Shown here one piece after another: positions 50,567-56,083 of a stretch of DNA of 56,083 bases; within the stretch, counting starts at the first letter, position 1, and each line of letters opens with the position of its first letter. The notes beneath the pieces are model-generated. The model had not been told where the DNA came from. It ran no database searches and saw nothing but the letters and a program-made list of their open reading frames with translations. A program made the translations under genes and the position numbers. Source of the DNA: Clostridia bacterium (GTDB taxonomy: Bacteria > Bacillota > Clostridia > Oscillospirales > QAKW01); NCBI GenBank assembly GCA_017482195.1, contig JAFUNM010000046.1, positions 67,931-124,013 on the forward strand, given 5' to 3'.

Positions 50567-53500
50567 TTATTCTGCAGGAGTTTCCTCTTCAACAGGGGTT
50601 TCCTCCTCAACAGGGGTTTCCTCCTCAACAGGGGTTTCCTCTTCAACAGGAGTTTCCTCCTCAACGGGGAGCTCCACTGCGATGGTATACAGAACATCAA
50701 CGTTCTTGGAACCGTCGAAGTAGTTGATCAGGAAGGTGTAGTAGCCGTCGGTCTTCAGCTCGTAGGTAGATGCATCAGCGGGAGTAGCTACGCCTTCGCG
50801 AACGATTGCGGCAGCAACAAACTCATCCCAATTGGTAACAGTCACTTCTTCAGTGCCCATGTAACCGATATACATCTTATTTACAGCCGGAGCATTGTTG
50901 GCAGCCAGAGTGGCAACACCGTTCTCAACCGTTACGGTGGGAACGCCAAAGCCTTCGGAGGCCTCGGCAACTTCCAGGGTGTAAACCACATCATAGGACA
51001 TATCGCCAACCTTGTAATTCACAACAAATCTGTAGAAACCGGCAGTGGTCAGAGCATAGCTGTCACCGTCATTACCGGTATAATCAGCAGTAAAGGTCTC
51101 TCCGGTGGCGGTCACAAAATCTTCCCAACCGGCATAAGCGGTATTCTCTGTGCCGATGTAGCCATAGTATACCTTAACGGTATAGCCATCCGCATTGCCC
51201 AGAACTGCCACATTGTTGTCGGCCTCATTGCTGACAGCGGGAACAACGATGGGAGTCTCGGTATAAACGGTAGAAGCAACATCCACACTTCTGCCGTCCT
51301 CACCAACATAGTTGATCAGGAAACGGTAATAACCGCCTTCGGTCAAGACATAATTCTGACCGTCTACGGGAGTATAGTCAACCTTCACATTAAGAGCTTC
51401 CTCCATGAAGGTAGCATAATCCACAAAGTATGCAGGCTCCTCAGCGCCCAGATAACCAATGTAGACCTTATTGACCGTCAAACCGTTGCAGTTCAGAGCA
51501 CCGTACTTGCCGTCCTCGGTGAGTGCAACATAAGGTCTGCCGTAATTTGCATCCGTGTTCTCGCTGGTGGTGGACTGCTTGATCACGATCAGATCCTGAT
51601 CATTGCCCTCTGCATCCGTGTAGCGGATCACGAAGCAATAATAACCGCTTTGAGTCATGTTGTAGACACTTTCATCAGAAGGATTGTAGTCTCTGGTGAA
51701 GGTAGAACCTGCATCCTCAACGAATTGAGGCCAGCTGACATACTCATATTCCTCAGTACCTACATAACCCCAATATACGCGGGTAGCGTTCAGAGCATAC
51801 TCATCGAGAGTTGCATAGGAAACGCCGTCCTCATTGGTTTCAACAGTAACCTCGGGGATGATTTCCTTAGCAGAATCCAGAACTGCGGTGTAGGTAGCAT
51901 CCTCAGCTACAGCTGCAGCCAGATCAACGGTAACCGCCTCACCGGCAGCGTCGGTCCACTCCTCAGCCTCGATAGCAGCCTTGGTTGCTTCGTCAACAAC
52001 CAGAACACCGTTGGCATCGGTACCGACAACAACCTTGCTCTCATCCTGCATTACGAAGGTAACAACATGGATCACAGGCTCGGTCTCTGCGTGAACAACT
52101 GCGCCGTCCACAACCGCCCAGTCAAACTCGGTATTGGCATTCATCATAGCCACAGCAGCCTCAACCGTAAAGACTGCAGCAGTATTTTCATTGGCAACAG
52201 AAGCCGTACCGTCTTCAACGGTATACTCGACACCTGCATCGGTCATGCAATTGCCGACCGTAACGGTAGCAGTAGCATTGCCGCTAACCGCAAAGAGGTT
52301 ATTAATTGCAACCGTCGCTTCCATGGAGCCCGCCTCGGCAGCTCTCATATTACCGGAAGCATAGATATTGTTTGCATTTACGGTAGCACCTGCCACCTTG
52401 CCGGGAGAGGTGATCACAGCAAAGTTATCCGTAGCAGCCGCTCCGGAACCAAAGCCGACAAAATCGCAGTCAAATACGCCGACATTATTGAAGTTACCGT
52501 ATACAGCCACACCGTTGGCCTTCAGATCACCGATCAGCAGACCGGCACCGTTATTGTTACCATACGAAAAGGCACCGGAAACCGTACCGTCTTTGGCAAC
52601 AAAATTGGTCATATTGATCGTAGAATTTTTATCCACACGGCCGATCACCAAGCCGATACCGTAAACCATGGTTTCATTACTGGTATCGGTCAGCAGATTA
52701 TTATCTGCCAGGTAGGTATTTGAAACCGTAGTACCCGCAACGGAGCTGTTGCTGATGGTAAGAGCTCTTGCAGTATTGTCAGAGCCCTGCATCTGAGCAA
52801 CGAAAGCACCTGCATAACCGGCGGCTTCCGAAACCTCAACCGTGGAATTCTTGATATGCACATTGTCAATGACTGCATTGGCTCCGCCGTATACACGCTG
52901 AGCGATGATAGCAACGAGGCTTTCGCCATCTACATATGCACCGTCAACGGTCAGGTTGCTGACCTTGGCAGTACCGGCAAGCGTGCCGATCAAAGCATGG
53001 GTATCTTTATAATTGGAAATGGTATGACCCTGACCGTCGATGCTTGCATAGAATTCGTCTCCGATATTGAAGCCGACAAATGCAGTGGCAAAATCCTCGG
53101 TATAGGTGCTGATATCCAGATCATTCTCCAGATAGATCACATCGCCGTCTACAAAAGAAGCGGCATTGCTTGCAGCAAAAATCAACTCTTCAACAGTAGA
53201 AATCGTAAACTCGGTGGCGATCTCGTTGTCGGTCACCTGAGTAACGGATACCTTACCGCCGATGATCGCGGTAGCGGTTTTCTCGTTGTTCAAAGGAGTC
53301 TTGCTCTCTTCGCCAACGGTGACGGAAGTCACTTCGACCTTGATGTCGGTTGCAACAGCGGCAACGCCTTCCTTAACCGTCAGTGCTGCATAACCGCCGG
53401 CTTCATTGGTAAACTGAATGCTCAGTTCGCCGGACTCTTCCTCACCCTCAGTCAGATAGGGATTGGTCAGCTTCTCGGCATCATAGGTAATGGTAGCCGT

Positions 53501-56083
53501 AGCAGAGGTATAATCGGGATCAGCCACGGTAATGTAGATCTCAACCGTATCGCTAGCCAGATACTTCTCGGCACCCAGCTCAACACCCTCGATCACAGCA
53601 GGGATCTCAGCCTCGGTATCCTCTACCGTCCAAGTGCCGCCGCAGAGTTCGCAAGCCTTGCCCAGCTGAGCAGCTGCATAATAGGTAGCAGCCACATTGC
53701 CCTCGGCACGGTCGATCACGGAACAAGCAGCTGCATCCTGATTATGATCCTCGGCGCAAGAAGCATTGGAGCAGGTGACCTTATGGGTCTGATCACCGTT
53801 ATAATCGTAGGAAAGATTATGATACTCTACATAGGTGTAGGATGCATCGGCGGTAACGGCTGCAGTCCAATCGAACTCAGCAGCGGTTGCGCCTTCCTCA
53901 CCGTCTTTCGTCCATTCCTCGGCGTCGATCAGAGCCTTGGTCTCGTCGTCTACGACCAGCAGACCGGTAGCAGGATCAGTACCCAGGATAATAGTGGAAT
54001 CCTTCAGGTTGAAGGTTACGGTGTTGATCACCACTTCACCCTCAGCCAACTCAACTGCACCGTCAACAACAGTCCAGTCCGTAGCGTTGGTAGCGTTCAG
54101 CTTTGCAACAGCCGCATTCAGATTCATTTCAGCGATATCGCTCTCATTTGTAACAGTCGCAACAGCTTCTCTATTGCTCAGTACAGCATAAGTCACGCCG
54201 GCATCCGTTACATAATTGGAAATATCCACAGTAATGGATCCGGTGGAAGCAACTTCTACCAAACGATCCAGAGCAGCATAGGTCACACCGTCATCGGTGG
54301 ATCTCTCATTGCCTGCCACATAAACATTGCTGATCTTCAAAGCGCCTTCATATTTAGCAGCAGTGGTAATAATACCGGAAAGAGAAGTTTCCAGATTGAC
54401 CAGCTTGTTGTTGATTGCGGCAACGTTGTTAATGGTCAGGGCAGGAGTTCCGGCATCGGTAGCATCGGCAGCCATATCGCCGACAACCAAGCCGCCGCCC
54501 TCATTATTGTTGTTTTCCGAGATCAACTTACTGTTCGCCACAATACAGTTCTCCAGAGTCAAGGTGGAGATACCGTCGTCACGATAACGTCCGATAAAGA
54601 TACCGGGAGCATTCGTTGCAGCAAGGGGTGCATTGATCAGGCAGTCCACAACAGAGCAGTTGGTGAAAGATACCTGACGTGCGTTCTTGTTATTCAACGA
54701 ACCGAAAATACCGGCTACATAACCCGTAGTTACGGATTCAGCAAACTGTACAGTCGCACCGGACACATGAACATTGGTGATGGCAGTCTTGGTATACGCA
54801 GCATTGGACTGACCGTGGCGAACCGTATTGTAACCCAAAACAAAACCGCCATTGGTGTCCAAGGTTACCGTACCGCCCTCAAAGTTCAGGTTCGACAGAT
54901 TACCGCCAAGACCCGTGAAGAATGCATGCGTATCGGTATAGTTATAGATGGTATGACCCATACCGTCAAAATCAGCCTTGAGTGTACTGCCATCCTGTCC
55001 GTTACCAAGGCCAACGAATTCATCAGCGAAGGTCTTTTCAGCGCCGGTGGAATCCGTATATTTCTCGGTAATAGTCAAATCATTAATGAAATAAATGGTA
55101 TCGCCATCGGTAAAGCTTGCACGGTTTGCGGCAGCGAATACCAATTCTTCGATGGTGGAAATGGTAAACTCAGTGGCAACATCATTCGTCGTCACCTGAG
55201 TGACAGGAACCTTACCGCCGATGACAACATCTTCAGTCACAGCAGGAGTTCTGGCAACCAGAGCACCTTCGTTGATATTGGAAACGGTCACAGTTAAAGT
55301 ATCCTTTACTGCAACTGCCTCAGTAGCTACGGTAAAGACCAAAGTAGTATCGCCGGTCAGACCGGGCAACTCGATGGTGCCCTCAGCGCCTTCATAGGTC
55401 AGCTTGGCAGCATCATAAGTAACGGTAGCATCGTAAGATGTGATATCAGCATCGTCGGCCACATCAACGGTGACGGTGACGGTATCACCTGCCAGATAGA
55501 TCTCTTTATCCACAGTCACGCTGAAGGGAGCGGGGCTGACGGACTCAGCATTTACTTCAGACCAGTTGCCTTCACAAAGCTCGCAGGTATAACCGATCTC
55601 GGCAGCAGTATAATAAGTAGCAGCCTTATCATTCTCTGCCTTCAACACCTTGGTACAAGCTTCCGCTTCTAATTCATGCTCGCAGTTGTCCTCGGTGCAA
55701 ACCACCTTATGAGTACCGTTATTATTGGGCTCATAGGAAATGGTGTAGTTCAGTTTGTAAGAAGTATTGGCAGTATAAACCTTTTCCCAATTTACTGCTT
55801 CTACTTCCCCGGTGGTCTCGTTGATCCACTCATTCTCCTCAATAGCAACCTTGGTGGTATCATCTACAACGACTAATCCTGTCTCAGGATTGGTATACAG
55901 ATCAACCGCACCGTCAGCCAATTTATAAGTGACGGTATAAGGAACGGCATCTTCAGCACCTGCTAATACAGGTACACCGTTCTTGATGGTCCAATCCGCA
56001 TATGCAGTCTCACCATCTGCAGCCTCGTTTTTATTCATCAGCGCCAATGCAGTAAGCATAGTAAAGGAGGCATCAGAATAATC
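50567..56083 (-). CDS. Giant modular surface protein B, 5'-partial (>1838 aa), paralogue of protein A
   Basis: Frame stays open beyond Met 56059 to the window edge (DYSDASFT), so the true start is outside; same module types and same 4 C-terminal repeats as protein A. Confidence 0.9.
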   Translation of the reverse strand, partial: DYSDASFTMLTALALMNKNEAADGETAYADWTIKNGVPVLAGAEDAVPYTVTYKLADGAVDLYTNPETGLVVVDDTTKVAIEENEWINETTGEVEAVNWEKVYTANTSYKLNYTISYEPNNNGTHKVVCTEDNCEHELEAEACTKVLKAENDKAATYYTAAEIGYTCELCEGNWSEVNAESVSPAPFSVTVDKEIYLAGDTVTVTVDVADDADITSYDATVTYDAAKLTYEGAEGTIELPGLTGDTTLVFTVATEAVAVKDTLTVTVSNINEGALVARTPAVTEDVVIGGKVPVTQVTTNDVATEFTISTIEELVFAAANRASFTDGDTIYFINDLTITEKYTDSTGAEKTFADEFVGLGNGQDGSTLKADFDGMGHTIYNYTDTHAFFTGLGGNLSNLNFEGGTVTLDTNGGFVLGYNTVRHGQSNAAYTKTAITNVHVSGATVQFAESVTTGYVAGIFGSLNNKNARQVSFTNCSVVDCLINAPLAATNAPGIFIGRYRDDGISTLTLENCIVANSKLISENNNNEGGGLVVGDMAADATDAGTPALTINNVAAINNKLVNLETSLSGIITTAAKYEGALKISNVYVAGNERSTDDGVTYAALDRLVEVASTGSITVDISNYVTDAGVTYAVLSNREAVATVTNESDIAEMNLNAAVAKLNATNATDWTVVDGAVELAEGEVVINTVTFNLKDSTIILGTDPATGLLVVDDETKALIDAEEWTKDGEEGATAAEFDWTAAVTADASYTYVEYHNLSYDYNGDQTHKVTCSNASCAEDHNQDAAACSVIDRAEGNVAATYYAAAQLGKACELCGGTWTVEDTEAEIPAVIEGVELGAEKYLASDTVEIYITVADPDYTSATATITYDAEKLTNPYLTEGEEESGELSIQFTNEAGGYAALTVKEGVAAVATDIKVEVTSVTVGEESKTPLNNEKTATAIIGGKVSVTQVTDNEIATEFTISTVEELIFAASNAASFVDGDVIYLENDLDISTYTEDFATAFVGFNIGDEFYASIDGQGHTISNYKDTHALIGTLAGTAKVSNLTVDGAYVDGESLVAIIAQRVYGGANAVIDNVHIKNSTVEVSEAAGYAGAFVAQMQGSDNTARALTISNSSVAGTTVSNTYLADNNLLTDTSNETMVYGIGLVIGRVDKNSTINMTNFVAKDGTVSGAFSYGNNNGAGLLIGDLKANGVAVYGNFNNVGVFDCDFVGFGSGAAATDNFAVITSPGKVAGATVNANNIYASGNMRAAEAGSMEATVAINNLFAVSGNATATVTVGNCMTDAGVEYTVEDGTASVANENTAAVFTVEAAVAMMNANTEFDWAVVDGAVVHAETEPVIHVVTFVMQDESKVVVGTDANGVLVVDEATKAAIEAEEWTDAAGEAVTVDLAAAVAEDATYTAVLDSAKEIIPEVTVETNEDGVSYATLDEYALNATRVYWGYVGTEEYEYVSWPQFVEDAGSTFTRDYNPSDESVYNMTQSGYYCFVIRYTDAEGNDQDLIVIKQSTTSENTDANYGRPYVALTEDGKYGALNCNGLTVNKVYIGYLGAEEPAYFVDYATFMEEALNVKVDYTPVDGQNYVLTEGGYYRFLINYVGEDGRSVDVASTVYTETPIVVPAVSNEADNNVAVLGNADGYTVKVYYGYIGTENTAYAGWEDFVTATGETFTADYTGNDGDSYALTTAGFYRFVVNYKVGDMSYDVVYTLEVAEASEGFGVPTVTVENGVATLAANNAPAVNKMYIGYMGTEEVTVTNWDEFVAAAIVREGVATPADASTYELKTDGYYTFLINYFDGSKNVDVLYTIAVELPVEEETPVEEETPVEEETPVEEETPVEEETPAE
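50576..50665. repeat. 5 x 18-bp tandem repeat encoding (VEEETP)5 at the C-terminus of protein B
   Basis: AGG(A/G)GTTTCCTC(T/C)TCAAC x5. Confidence 0.95.
50669..51860 (-). repeat. Four tandem Tyr-rich C-terminal repeats of protein B
   Basis: RVYWGYVGTE, KVYIGYLGAE, KVYYGYIGTE, KMYIGYMGTE, each followed by G(Y/F)Y.F.(I/V).Y. Confidence 0.9.

Noticed and set aside
50576-50665. Regular short repeats as a possible CRISPR array
   Set aside because: Contiguous 18-bp in-frame coding repeats with no spacers, and no cas genes nearby
50471-55297. Long plus-strand ORFs (750 aa at 50471-52723, 813 aa at 52856-55297, and 546 aa at 43767-45407)
   Set aside because: Antisense shadows of the giant genes; no recognisable motifs, and explained by codon bias on the coding strand
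42636-56083. Giant proteins as sortase substrates, SLH/dockerin proteins or multiheme cytochromes
   Set aside because: No (L/S/P)PxTG-TM-basic tail, SLH or dockerin motifs seen; the CxxC motifs are not followed by His, so they are not CxxCH heme sites
42636-56083. Diversity-generating retroelement or invertase shufflon behind the module variation
   Set aside because: No reverse transcriptase or recombinase in the window, all modules are co-oriented, and I saw no adenine-specific template/variable repeat pair

Overview
56 kb of a Firmicutes (Clostridia-like) chromosome with most genes on the minus strand; lineage is inferred from gene content and sigma-A-type promoters. Left to right: (i) a partial ABC exporter; (ii) a VTC-domain / DUF4956-like / OmpR-type two-component / Cthe_2159-like lipoprotein operon; (iii) the rimP-nusA-ylxR-L7Ae-infB-rbfA-DHH-truB-ribF operon, extended by two lipoproteins and an ABC exporter; (iv) a small AT-rich islet with an Arc-like and an eroded XRE regulator; (v) a GldA/F/G-like ABC + DUF4340 operon; (vi) a degenerate AMP-binding protein, minD, an mgsA-like gene, hisS and aspS; (vii) a GH20 hexosaminidase and a U32-family protein; (viii) a ~23 kb cell-surface locus. 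This locus is the most notable part. Two tandem giant modular proteins (2545 aa and >1838 aa, the second running off the window) are built from shuffled [beta-helix / linker / His-Cys finger / cohesin-like] modules. Both end in the same unrecognised 4x ~95-aa Tyr/Trp-rich repeat instead of SLH, dockerin or LPxTG. They sit directly upstream of a polysaccharide operon (3 GTs, Wzy/O-antigen-ligase-like, CpsC/D/B) that embeds a class B sortase, a small SPDTG substrate and an LCP transferase. No rRNA, tRNA, CRISPR array or transposase was seen. All family calls come from motif reading, not database searches.
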